A DNA stretch of 64,000 bases. It comes from Candidatus Latescibacterota bacterium (GTDB lineage Bacteria; Latescibacterota; UBA2968). Below are positions 29,919 to 38,739 of this stretch, piece by piece. Made by a program: the position numbers and the translations under genes. The notes below the pieces were generated by a model. It was not told the origin of the DNA. It did not search any database and saw only the letters and a program-made list of their open reading frames with translations. The DNA lies in the NCBI GenBank assembly GCA_965116885.1, contig OZ220741.1:3744001-3808000 (forward strand). Reading direction: 5' to 3'. How positions within the stretch are numbered: the first letter of the stretch is position 1; each line of letters opens with the position of its first letter.

Positions 29919-31190
29919 ATGCCTGACTTTACTACAGATCGAAATGCGCTCTGGCAGCGGCAGTTGAAGCGGTTGCGAGGTATGCTGTCTTCAGTGCTGA
30001 AAGGCAATGATTTTTATCGCAATAAGTTGAATCGGGTGGGGATTTATCGGCCCGAGGATATTCAGACGCGCGATGATTACAGGTTGTTGCCCTTCACGAC
30101 TAAAGCTGAATTATCGGCCGACCAGATGGCGTATCCACCTTATGGCAGCAACGTGACTTTTCCGCCAGATCACTATATCCGCGTCCATCAAACATCGGGG
30201 ACTACGGGAGATCCTTTGAACTGGTTGGATACGGCAGAGAGTTGGGATTGGTTTGCGCGTTGCTGGACTTATGTGTATCGCGGAGCGGGTGTGACGGCAA
30301 ATGACAGACTGTTTTTTGCCTTTTCCTTTGGCCCTTTTATCGGATTCTGGACCGGGCATGAGAGCGCGCGTTTAATGGGTGCGATGTCTATCTCTGGGGG
30401 GTCCATGTCGTCGATTCAGCGTTTGCAAGCGATTCGGGATCATGGGGTTACTGTTCTGATCTGTACGCCGACGTATGCCCTGCATCTGGCAGAGGTGGCA
30501 GAGGCAGAAGGTATAGATATTGCAGGCGGGAGTATTCAGACTGCGATTCACGCGGGCGAACCCGGCGCGGGATTGCCTGCGACCAGACGGCGCATTGAGG
30601 AGGCCTGGGGAGCGCGTTGTTATGACCACGCAGGAGCGACTGAGGTGGGGGCGTGGGGATTTGAATGTGCGTTTCGAGATGGCATGCATATCAACGAGGC
30701 AGAATTTATTTGCGAAGTGATCGATCCCGATACAGGTGAACAAGCGAGAGAGGGGGAGTTGGTGCTTACCAATTTGGGACGCGCTGGTATGCCCGTTATT
30801 CGCTATCGCACGGGAGATCGCGTAAAGCTGCATGCGGGAATATGTGATTGCGGTTCGAGTTTCTCTCGTCTCGAAGGGGGCGTGATTGGACGTATCGACG
30901 ATGCGTTGATTGTCCGCGGCGTCAATTTTTATCCCAGCGCGATTGAAAATATCGTGCGGGAGTTTCCCGAAGTGACAGAGTTTGCAGTGGATATCTACCG
31001 ACAACGCGAAATGGATGATATGCAAATTCGCATCGAATTAAATGGCGGAGAGCCAGGGGCAATTTCCGATGCGATAGGTAGAGAGGTACGACATATTCTG
31101 GGCATACGCGCCGGCGTTCAAACCGTGCCGCACAATACTTTGCCGAGATTTGAACTGAAAGCGAGACGGTTTACGGATCATCGAGTTTAA
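29919..31190 (+). CDS. Phenylacetate-CoA ligase (PaaK)-family aryl-CoA ligase
   Basis: LPFTTK, HQTSGTTG, AGEPG, DHAGATE, IRYRTGD, GRIDD, RGVN.YP. Confidence 0.85.
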   Translation: MPDFTTDRNALWQRQLKRLRGMLSSVLKGNDFYRNKLNRVGIYRPEDIQTRDDYRLLPFTTKAELSADQMAYPPYGSNVTFPPDHYIRVHQTSGTTGDPLNWLDTAESWDWFARCWTYVYRGAGVTANDRLFFAFSFGPFIGFWTGHESARLMGAMSISGGSMSSIQRLQAIRDHGVTVLICTPTYALHLAEVAEAEGIDIAGGSIQTAIHAGEPGAGLPATRRRIEEAWGARCYDHAGATEVGAWGFECAFRDGMHINEAEFICEVIDPDTGEQAREGELVLTNLGRAGMPVIRYRTGDRVKLHAGICDCGSSFSRLEGGVIGRIDDALIVRGVNFYPSAIENIVREFPEVTEFAVDIYRQREMDDMQIRIELNGGEPGAISDAIGREVRHILGIRAGVQTVPHNTLPRFELKARRFTDHRV

Positions 31191-31209
31191 TTTAATAGAA
31201 AGCGTTTCT

Positions 31210-32469
31210 ATGATTTCAAATCACTACGATGTCATTGTCATTGGTGGAGGACCTGCGGGAAGCACGACAGCCGCGCTGGTCGCTGAATACGGTCACCGCG
31301 TGCTGCTGCTGGAGCGGGAGGAATTTCCCAGATTTCAGATCGGTGAGTCCCTGATGCCGGGTACGTACTGGTCATTCAAACGACTTGGGTTGCTGGATAA
31401 GCTAAAAAAAAGTGAGTTTGTCAAAAAGTACAGCGTTCAGTTTTTCAGCGGATCGGGAAAAGGCTCTGCGCCATTTTATTTTCATTTACACGATCCCCAC
31501 GAAAGTTCTATCACATATCAGGTGTTGCGCAGTGAATTTGATCTTATGATGATGGATAATGCCCGTGAGAAAGGTGCTAAAGTCGAGCAGGGGGCGAGTG
31601 TGCATCAGGTGCATTTTTCCGGGGATAGAGCAACGGGTGTGCAGGTAAGATACCGCGATGGACAGATCAGTGATATATCTGCCAGTGTTATCGTAGATGC
31701 GACGGGGCGAAGCGCGCTTATTTCGAGAAGGCTAAAGACCAAGACGATCGAGCCAGAGCTAAAAAAGGCGTCTATTTTCACGCACTACAAAGGCGCGTTC
31801 CGCGATGAGGGTATTGATGAGGGTGCAACGCTGATTTTACATACGCAAGATAAGGACTCCTGGTTCTGGTACATCCCGCTGGCAGACGATGTGGTCAGCG
31901 TGGGTGTTGTTGGGGGATTGGATTATCTGCTACAAAACCGCAAGAGAACCCCCCAGGAAATTTTTGAAGAGGAGTTGACAAAGTGTATCCGCATGGAAGA
32001 ACGGCTCGCAGGGGCCGAGCAGTTGTTTCCGATGAAAGTCACGCAGGATTTTTCATACCGATCCAATACTGTCGCGGGTGAGGGATGGGTGCTGGTGGGC
32101 GATGCGTTTGGTTTTATCGATCCCGTTTATTCTTCGGGTGTGTTCCTCGCGCTCAAATCGGGCGAGATGGCCGCCGATGCAATCCACGAGGCCATTAAAA
32201 AGCGCGATTTCTCGGGTGAACAACTCGGCAAATGGGGGCCAGAATTTCTTCCGGGCATGGAGGCGATTCGCAAATTGGTCTATGCTTTTTATACCAAAGA
32301 TTTCAGTTTTGCCAGGTTTTTAAAATCGCATCCAGAATGTATAGATGGCGTTATCAATATATTAAAAGGCAATGTCTATCGCGAGGATGTCACCCCTATT
32401 TTTGAGCCTATGGGGCAAATGTGCGATCTGCCCGAGACTGTGGAACACTACGCTGAGGTATCTGCTTAA
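31210..32469 (+). CDS. Flavin-dependent halogenase-like oxidoreductase
   Basis: GGGPAG, FQIGESLMP, conserved Lys region FVKKYS, WFWYIP (WxWxIP), GDAFGFIDPVYSSG. Confidence 0.8.
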   Translation: MISNHYDVIVIGGGPAGSTTAALVAEYGHRVLLLEREEFPRFQIGESLMPGTYWSFKRLGLLDKLKKSEFVKKYSVQFFSGSGKGSAPFYFHLHDPHESSITYQVLRSEFDLMMMDNAREKGAKVEQGASVHQVHFSGDRATGVQVRYRDGQISDISASVIVDATGRSALISRRLKTKTIEPELKKASIFTHYKGAFRDEGIDEGATLILHTQDKDSWFWYIPLADDVVSVGVVGGLDYLLQNRKRTPQEIFEEELTKCIRMEERLAGAEQLFPMKVTQDFSYRSNTVAGEGWVLVGDAFGFIDPVYSSGVFLALKSGEMAADAIHEAIKKRDFSGEQLGKWGPEFLPGMEAIRKLVYAFYTKDFSFARFLKSHPECIDGVINILKGNVYREDVTPIFEPMGQMCDLPETVEHYAEVSA

Positions 32470-32484
32470 ACGGGATTGCTGTAT

Positions 32485-33786
32485 ATGCGAATTGCTTATA
32501 TTGCCGCTGGTGCGGCGGGCATGTATTGTGGCAGTTGTATTCACGACAATGCGCTGGCCTCTGCGCTTCAGCGCAAGGGGATAGATTTCGCGCTTATTCC
32601 GACGTACACGCCTCTGCGTACCGATGAACCGGGCGCGAGTATCGATCGGGTTTTTTATGGCGGCATCAATGTTTATCTCCAGCAGAAAATGGGTATTTTT
32701 CGGCACACGCCCTCTTTTGTCGATAGATTATTGAATAGCCGAATACTGCTCAATAGTCTCGCCCGTTTTAGCGGATCAACGCGCGCTGAAGACCTCGGCA
32801 CGCTCACAGTTTCGGTTTTAGAAGGGGAAGAAGGCGCGCAAAAAAAAGAACTCGCAAAGCTGGTGCGCTGGTTGAAAGAGGACTTTCGACCAGACCTCGT
32901 GCAATTGACCAATTCGATGTTTTTGGGCATGGCGAGAGAAATGAAACGGGAACTCGGTATTCCCGTTTTGTGTTCTCTGCAAGGCGAAGATATTTTTCTC
33001 GAAGGATTGATAGAACCCTACAAATCGGACGCGCGGCAGTGCTTACGAGATAGAGCAAAAGATGTCGATGGATTTGTAGCCACTTGTGATTATTATGCCG
33101 ATTTTATGGCAGATTATCTCGATGTGCCGCGCAATCGGATTCACGTTGCGCCTTTGGGTATCAAATTAGACGGACATGGAGAAAGCGGTGTAAAGCCGGA
33201 CCCATTGCCTTTTGCGATAGGTTATCTCGCCCGAATATGTCCCGAGAAAGGGTTGCATGCGCTGGTAGATGCGTTTCATCAACTGGCTGAGCAAGTCGGT
33301 AAGGAGAATGTAAAACTCAGCGTTGCCGGTTATCTCGGACAAAGAGACGCGCCGTATTTTCAGCACGTATGCGAACAAATCGCATCCCGGGGACTTTCCG
33401 ATGTTTTTGATTATCGCGGGGAAGTCAATCGGGAAGAAAAAATTGCATTTCTGAATAGCATCCATATCTTATCTGTGCCCACGCCTTATAAAGAACCCAA
33501 GGGGCTATCGCTGCTCGAAGCTATGGCCAATGGCGTTCCCGTTGTTCAGCCCCGGCACGGTATTTTTCCGGAATGGATCGAAAAAACGGGTGGGGGAATT
33601 CTGGTAGAGCCAGATTCTTCAGAGGCATTGGCGGCAGGGTTGCTGCGGATGATGAATGACGCAGAGGGGCGAGAGGCGATGGGGCAAAAAGGGAAAGAAG
33701 CAGTGCATCAAAATTTTAGCGACGACGATATGGCGGAAGCAACACTGTCGGTATATCGCCGGTATGTGACGGATTCAAAAACTTAA
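32485..33786 (+). CDS. GT4-family glycosyltransferase with N-terminal CxxC
   Basis: RICPEKG, EPKGLSLLEAMANGVPVV (Ex7E), N-terminal GMYCGSCIHD. Confidence 0.85.
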   Translation: MRIAYIAAGAAGMYCGSCIHDNALASALQRKGIDFALIPTYTPLRTDEPGASIDRVFYGGINVYLQQKMGIFRHTPSFVDRLLNSRILLNSLARFSGSTRAEDLGTLTVSVLEGEEGAQKKELAKLVRWLKEDFRPDLVQLTNSMFLGMAREMKRELGIPVLCSLQGEDIFLEGLIEPYKSDARQCLRDRAKDVDGFVATCDYYADFMADYLDVPRNRIHVAPLGIKLDGHGESGVKPDPLPFAIGYLARICPEKGLHALVDAFHQLAEQVGKENVKLSVAGYLGQRDAPYFQHVCEQIASRGLSDVFDYRGEVNREEKIAFLNSIHILSVPTPYKEPKGLSLLEAMANGVPVVQPRHGIFPEWIEKTGGGILVEPDSSEALAAGLLRMMNDAEGREAMGQKGKEAVHQNFSDDDMAEATLSVYRRYVTDSKT

Positions 33787-33799
33787 TACAGGAGGGCAA

Positions 33800-34291
33800 A
33801 TGCCGACTTCATCTACTGGACTTACGTGGTTGATTTTTGCGTTGTTGACTGTGGGATCGTGGGGTTTGTACGGGATTTTTCTGCACACCGGGCAGATCGC
33901 GATGGGCGATCCCGAAAATGGGCGCTATAAGGCATTTCTGTTTGTGGGTATTGCCTATCTTGTGACGGCTGTTATTGGATCTCTCATCGTGCTGGCGATC
34001 AACGGATCGGACTGGACATTTCCGACAAAGGGACTGACATGGTCACTGTTGGCTGGTACTGTGGGGGCTATTGGCGCGTTTGGTGTGCTCCTCGCCTTTG
34101 GCGCAAAGGGGACGCCACCCGTGGTTATGTCCATTGTTTTTGCCGGCGCGCCTATGGTCAATGCTATCGTCTCTCTCATTATGCATCCGCCAGCCGGTGG
34201 ATGGGGTGGTTTGAACTGGCAATTTGTGCTGGGTATTATATTGGCCGCACTGGGGGGGTGCCTGGTGACCTTATTTAAACCATCGTCTTGA
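33800..34291 (+). CDS. Small DMT/EamA-like membrane protein
   Basis: 163 aa, about 5 Gly-rich TM helices, WG.YG motif; AGGAGG RBS. Confidence 0.65.
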   Translation: MPTSSTGLTWLIFALLTVGSWGLYGIFLHTGQIAMGDPENGRYKAFLFVGIAYLVTAVIGSLIVLAINGSDWTFPTKGLTWSLLAGTVGAIGAFGVLLAFGAKGTPPVVMSIVFAGAPMVNAIVSLIMHPPAGGWGGLNWQFVLGIILAALGGCLVTLFKPSS

Positions 34292-34300
34292 TTGAGCACT

Positions 34301-34738
34301 ATGCACAGTGAATTTCACACCACTCGCAGGGTAGAATTTTCCGATACGGACATGGCCGGGATTGTACACTTTTCCCGGTTTTTTGTCTTTATGGAAGCTG
34401 TCGAGCACGCTTTCTTGCGCTCGTTGGGGACGAGTGTTTCAACAGAATGGGATGGAAATAAAATCGGATGGCCGAGGTTGGAAGCAACATGTACATATCT
34501 CAGTCCAGCCGTATTTGAAGATGTGCTGGATATTCATCTGAAAGTGATACGCAAAGGCACAAAATCCCTGACCTATCGGTTTGATTTTTCCCGCGGGGAG
34601 ACGGCTATTGCCCGCGGAGAGTTGAGTACGGTATGTTGTATATGCAATCCCGGTGAAAAAATCAGGTCCATTCCGATACCAGATTTTATTGCAGATCAGA
34701 TCGCGGATGAAGCAGATGGCGCAGATAGACGCGGATGA
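34301..34738 (+). CDS. Hot-dog acyl-CoA thioesterase (4HBT/YbgC family)
   Basis: RVEFSDTDMAGIVHFS...E motif. Confidence 0.85.
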   Translation: MHSEFHTTRRVEFSDTDMAGIVHFSRFFVFMEAVEHAFLRSLGTSVSTEWDGNKIGWPRLEATCTYLSPAVFEDVLDIHLKVIRKGTKSLTYRFDFSRGETAIARGELSTVCCICNPGEKIRSIPIPDFIADQIADEADGADRRG

Positions 34739-34775
34739 AGATCGAGAATGTAGGGGCGAGGGCCCTGGCCCGCCC
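34702..34775 (+). repeat. CGCAGATG-type repeats followed by a GTAG REP-like palindrome
   Basis: cgcggatgaagcagatggcgcagatagacgcggatgaa forms the thioesterase C-terminus; gtaggggcgagggccctggcccgccc at 34750-34775. Confidence 0.5.
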
Positions 34776-34795
34776 GAATATTTAAGAGGTCACAA

Positions 34796-35449
34796 ATGGC
34801 ATTAAAAGTTGAAAATCTTACCAAACACTTTGGCGATGTAAATGTTCTGCGGGATATATCTTTTGAAATGGCGGCGGGGCAATCGCTGAGTGTTATGGGG
34901 CCTTCGGGGTCGGGGAAGAGTACCCTGTTGCATGTGCTGGGAACGCTGGACCAACCATCTGAGGGCAGTCTCGAGATTGAGGGGCAGGATCCCTTCGCAT
35001 TATCTGAAATCGAACTCGCGCGGTTTAGAAATCAGGGAATTGGATTTGTGTTTCAAGAGCACCATCTTTTGCCGCAATACTCGGTTCTGGAGAATGTTTT
35101 GATTCCAACGCTGGCATTTAGAAATGGCGATGCGCGAGACCGCGCCCGAGAGATTATTGATCGCGTGGGTTTGTCACATCGCATTGATCACAGGCCCGCT
35201 GAATTATCTGGCGGCGAGCGACAGCGCACAGCTGTTGCGCGTGCGCTCATCAATTCCCCGGCATTGCTTTTGTGCGATGAACCAACGGGTAGCTTGGATG
35301 GGGCGCGGGCAGAGGAAATAGCCGATTTGCTATTTGAATTGCACAAGCGGGAAAATAATATCCTGATCTGCGCGACGCACAGTACGGCGCTTGCCCATCG
35401 CTTTGAGCGGCGTTTTGATCTGCGGGGGGGAACGTGCGTCGAAGTCTGA
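34796..35449 (+). CDS. ABC transporter ATP-binding subunit, LolD/MacB-like
   Basis: GPSGSGKST, FRN..IGFVFQ, LSGGERQR, DEPTG. Confidence 0.9.
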   Translation: MALKVENLTKHFGDVNVLRDISFEMAAGQSLSVMGPSGSGKSTLLHVLGTLDQPSEGSLEIEGQDPFALSEIELARFRNQGIGFVFQEHHLLPQYSVLENVLIPTLAFRNGDARDRAREIIDRVGLSHRIDHRPAELSGGERQRTAVARALINSPALLLCDEPTGSLDGARAEEIADLLFELHKRENNILICATHSTALAHRFERRFDLRGGTCVEV

Positions 35450-38400
35450 TCTACTTCTGGCGGATTAATCTGGCTGTTGCGCTCGGCGTGGCTGTGGCGA
35501 CAGCTGTGCTGACGGGTGCTTTGATTGTGGGCGATTCCGTGCGCGGTAGCTTGCGGGATTTGTCACTGAGTCGTCTGGGCAAAATTGACCACGCCCTGGT
35601 ATCCGAGCGATTTTTCCGCGAGAGTCTGGAACGCGACCTCGAGCGTGAACTCGGCGCTCAGGGTGTTGTATCGGCTATTAGCCTGAGCGGAACGGCTGTT
35701 CATGCGGGATCGAATACGCGGGCTTCTCGCGTTCAAATTCAGGGTATTGATAATCGCTTTGCAAATCTTTTTGATCAAATATTGCCCGAGTTGACGATCG
35801 GGGGAATATTTCCATCGGTTGTCGTCAACGAATCCCTCCAAAAAGAACTCAATGCACAGATTGGCGATGCTATTCTGCTGTCTTTTGAACAATCAGATGA
35901 TATTCACCGCGAATCGCTATTTGGACGTGCTGATGGTGCAGTTCAGACAATTCGACTGACGCTCGCAGGCGTGCTTCCCGATAGGGGAATGGGGCGCTTT
36001 GGCCTTTTCGCTCGCCAGAACGTTCCGCTCAATGCATATCTGTCGCTGCCGGTTTTGCAAAAAGCGTTGGGTCAAAGAGGCCGCGTGAATACATTGCTGG
36101 TGTCGGGTGGTCCAGATACAGGTGTTCAGGAAGCTCTTTCCCGCGTTGCAATACCGGATGATCTCGGCATTGTCATCCGCCCTGAAGCAGATTATTTCGC
36201 TATTGAGAGCACGCAGTTTATTCTCAAATCCCATATTGCAGAGACTATTCAAAAAGTATCTACTGAATTAAACGCGCCCCACATGTCCATTCTCACCTAT
36301 CTGGCGAATATCACACAGGTCGGAGAGAGAGAACTGCCCTATTCCACAATTTCTGCGCTGGATGTTGGGAATCTGGGGACCTTTCAGGTTGTAGATGGAT
36401 CACTACAACTCGGGGAAGATGGTATTTTGCTGAATACATGGGCGGCTGGGGATTTGAACGCACGGGTTGGCGATGAAGTGAAAGTGGCCTATTACGAAGT
36501 CGCGCCTGGAGAAAAACTCCTGACCCGTTGGGCAACATTCCAACTCAAGGGGATTGTGGCAATGGCGGGATTGGGCGCAGATGAAAAGTTGTCTCCCGAT
36601 TATCCGGGCCTGGGGGATGCAAATAATATGGCAGACTGGGAAGCGCCTTTTCCCATAGATTTGAGTCGTGTTCGCCCGAAAGATGAAGATTATTGGGATA
36701 CCTATCGCGACGCACCCAAAGCCTTTGTGTCTGCTGCGAGTGGGCAGCGATTGTGGCAAAGTCGATTTGGCGTATTAACCGCTGTACGCATTGGAGCTAT
36801 TGCGGGAGAGGATATCGCAACAACAGCGAAGCGATTTGAGGATCGCTTGCTGAAAAACATTGCGCCCGAATCGGTTGGTCTGACATTTCAGCCCGTCAAA
36901 CAGCAGGGTCTGACCGCTTCTGCGGGGGCGACGGACTTTAGCGGGCTGTTTATTGCATTCAGTCAATTCCTGATTATTTCTGCAGCTCTTCTGGTTGGTT
37001 TGTTATTTCGTCTGAGTGTGGAGCAGCGAGGCAGGGAAGTCGGGATGCGGATGGTGTCGGGATATACGGGAAAAAAAATCCGCCGACTCTTTAGCCGTGA
37101 GGGCCTTGTGCTGGCCGGTGTGGGCGGTATTACAGGGCTGATAGGCGGTATTTTCTATGCCTATCTGATTATGGTGGGGTTGCGTACTTATTGGGTGGGG
37201 GCGGTTGGAACGTCTGATCTCTCGCTTCACATCCACACATCAAGTCTGTTGTTGGGATATGCCATTTCACTGATTGTGATCCTGCTGGCAATCTGGCTCA
37301 CGCTCCGCCGTTTGGGCAATATTTCTGTTCGCGCATTGTTATCGGGTATTACGGAAGTCGTGCGCACAAGGCCGCGTACAAAATGGTATGCCCTGGGCAG
37401 CCTCGTCCTCGCCGCGCTCAGTCTGGGGGGGGCTGCGACGGTGGATCCATCAACGGGTACAGGTTTGTTTTTTGTTAGTGGCGCGCTGTGGATGGTTTCG
37501 GGATTGTGCTTTCTCTCGCTCTGGTTCAGGCGCGGGCATCGCTCTGTGAGAGAAGGTATTATTGGGATGGGGGTGCAAAATAGCAAGCGGCAGCCCGCGC
37601 GAAGTTTGTTGTGCGCCTCACTCATCGGTTGTGCGTGTTTTGTCATTGTTGCAGTAGGCGCAAATAGGCGAACTGATTTGACTCAAAATATCGCGCAGGA
37701 CAAAGCCTCTGGCACGGGTGGCTTTGCCCTCATCGCCGAAGTTGATGTGCCGATTTATCGGGATTTCAATTCAAAAGACGGGCAATTTGAACTCGGGTTC
37801 TCGCAAGCAGATGCAGAACTTTTGAATCAGGCACGGTTTATTCCGATGCGCGTTTTGCCGGGTGAAGATGCGAGTTGTCTCAATCTTTACAAGCCCGAAA
37901 GCCCGCGTGTTTTGGGCGTTCCCGTAGCTCTGCGTCAGCGAGGTGGATTTTCATTTCAGCAAACGAGTACCGAAGCGGAAAATCCCTGGACTCTATTATC
38001 CGAGGATTTGGGCGCGGATGTGATTCCGGCAATTGGGGATTACAATTCGGCTATGTGGATTTTGCACAAGCAATTGGGCGATGATATTGAGGTTCAGAAT
38101 GAAATAGGGGAAACTGTCAGGCTGAGATTGGTGGGCTTGTTAAAGACGAGTATTTTTCAAAGTGAATTGCTGATTTCCGAAGACAATTTTTTGCGGCACT
38201 TTCCCGATCAGAGTGGGTATGGTGCTTTTCTCGTTGAAACGCAACAACCCATTCAGCTTACTGCGCTTTTGGAAAGCCGATTAAAAGATATTGGGTTAGA
38301 CGCCGTATCCACAGCGCAAAAACTCGCGCATTTTCAGGAGGTCGAAAATACGTATCTCTCCACCTTTCAGACACTGGGGGGATTGGGCCTGCTGTTGGGG

Positions 38401-38733
38401 ACGCTCGGATTGGGAATCGTCCTGTTGAGAAATGTTATTGAAAGACGCGGTGAATTGGCGGTTCTTCGCGCCTTTGGATTTCGCCGCGCTGTGCTGTCGC
38501 GCATGTTGCTCGCGGAGAATGGTTTTTTAATGCTTGTGGGCCTGGCTATCGGCAGCGTCTCCGCGCTTATTGCCGTAGCGCCCCATGTCATGAGCTATGG
38601 TGCGTTAATTCCCTGGGGATCGCTTGCTCTCACGCTTGTCATTATATACGGTGCGGGTCTCATAGCAAGTGCGATAGCCGTTTTCTATGCCCTGCGAGCA
38701 CCTTTATTGCCTGCGTTGAAACAGGAGGCGTGA
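35434..38733 (+). CDS. Duplicated FtsX/MacB-type ABC permease
   Basis: 1099 aa, two large periplasmic domains, EQRGREVG and ERRGELAVLRAFGF motifs; overlaps the ATPase stop. Confidence 0.85.
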   Translation: MRRSLIYFWRINLAVALGVAVATAVLTGALIVGDSVRGSLRDLSLSRLGKIDHALVSERFFRESLERDLERELGAQGVVSAISLSGTAVHAGSNTRASRVQIQGIDNRFANLFDQILPELTIGGIFPSVVVNESLQKELNAQIGDAILLSFEQSDDIHRESLFGRADGAVQTIRLTLAGVLPDRGMGRFGLFARQNVPLNAYLSLPVLQKALGQRGRVNTLLVSGGPDTGVQEALSRVAIPDDLGIVIRPEADYFAIESTQFILKSHIAETIQKVSTELNAPHMSILTYLANITQVGERELPYSTISALDVGNLGTFQVVDGSLQLGEDGILLNTWAAGDLNARVGDEVKVAYYEVAPGEKLLTRWATFQLKGIVAMAGLGADEKLSPDYPGLGDANNMADWEAPFPIDLSRVRPKDEDYWDTYRDAPKAFVSAASGQRLWQSRFGVLTAVRIGAIAGEDIATTAKRFEDRLLKNIAPESVGLTFQPVKQQGLTASAGATDFSGLFIAFSQFLIISAALLVGLLFRLSVEQRGREVGMRMVSGYTGKKIRRLFSREGLVLAGVGGITGLIGGIFYAYLIMVGLRTYWVGAVGTSDLSLHIHTSSLLLGYAISLIVILLAIWLTLRRLGNISVRALLSGITEVVRTRPRTKWYALGSLVLAALSLGGAATVDPSTGTGLFFVSGALWMVSGLCFLSLWFRRGHRSVREGIIGMGVQNSKRQPARSLLCASLIGCACFVIVAVGANRRTDLTQNIAQDKASGTGGFALIAEVDVPIYRDFNSKDGQFELGFSQADAELLNQARFIPMRVLPGEDASCLNLYKPESPRVLGVPVALRQRGGFSFQQTSTEAENPWTLLSEDLGADVIPAIGDYNSAMWILHKQLGDDIEVQNEIGETVRLRLVGLLKTSIFQSELLISEDNFLRHFPDQSGYGAFLVETQQPIQLTALLESRLKDIGLDAVSTAQKLAHFQEVENTYLSTFQTLGGLGLLLGTLGLGIVLLRNVIERRGELAVLRAFGFRRAVLSRMLLAENGFLMLVGLAIGSVSALIAVAPHVMSYGALIPWGSLALTLVIIYGAGLIASAIAVFYALRAPLLPALKQEA

Positions 38734-38739
38734 AGCGCG

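Noticed and set aside
15093..38733. RiPP precursor peptide (PqqA/MftA-like) for the cluster
   Set aside because: No convincing small ORF with an RBS in the intergenic gaps, and the radical SAM enzyme has no SPASM/RRE features.
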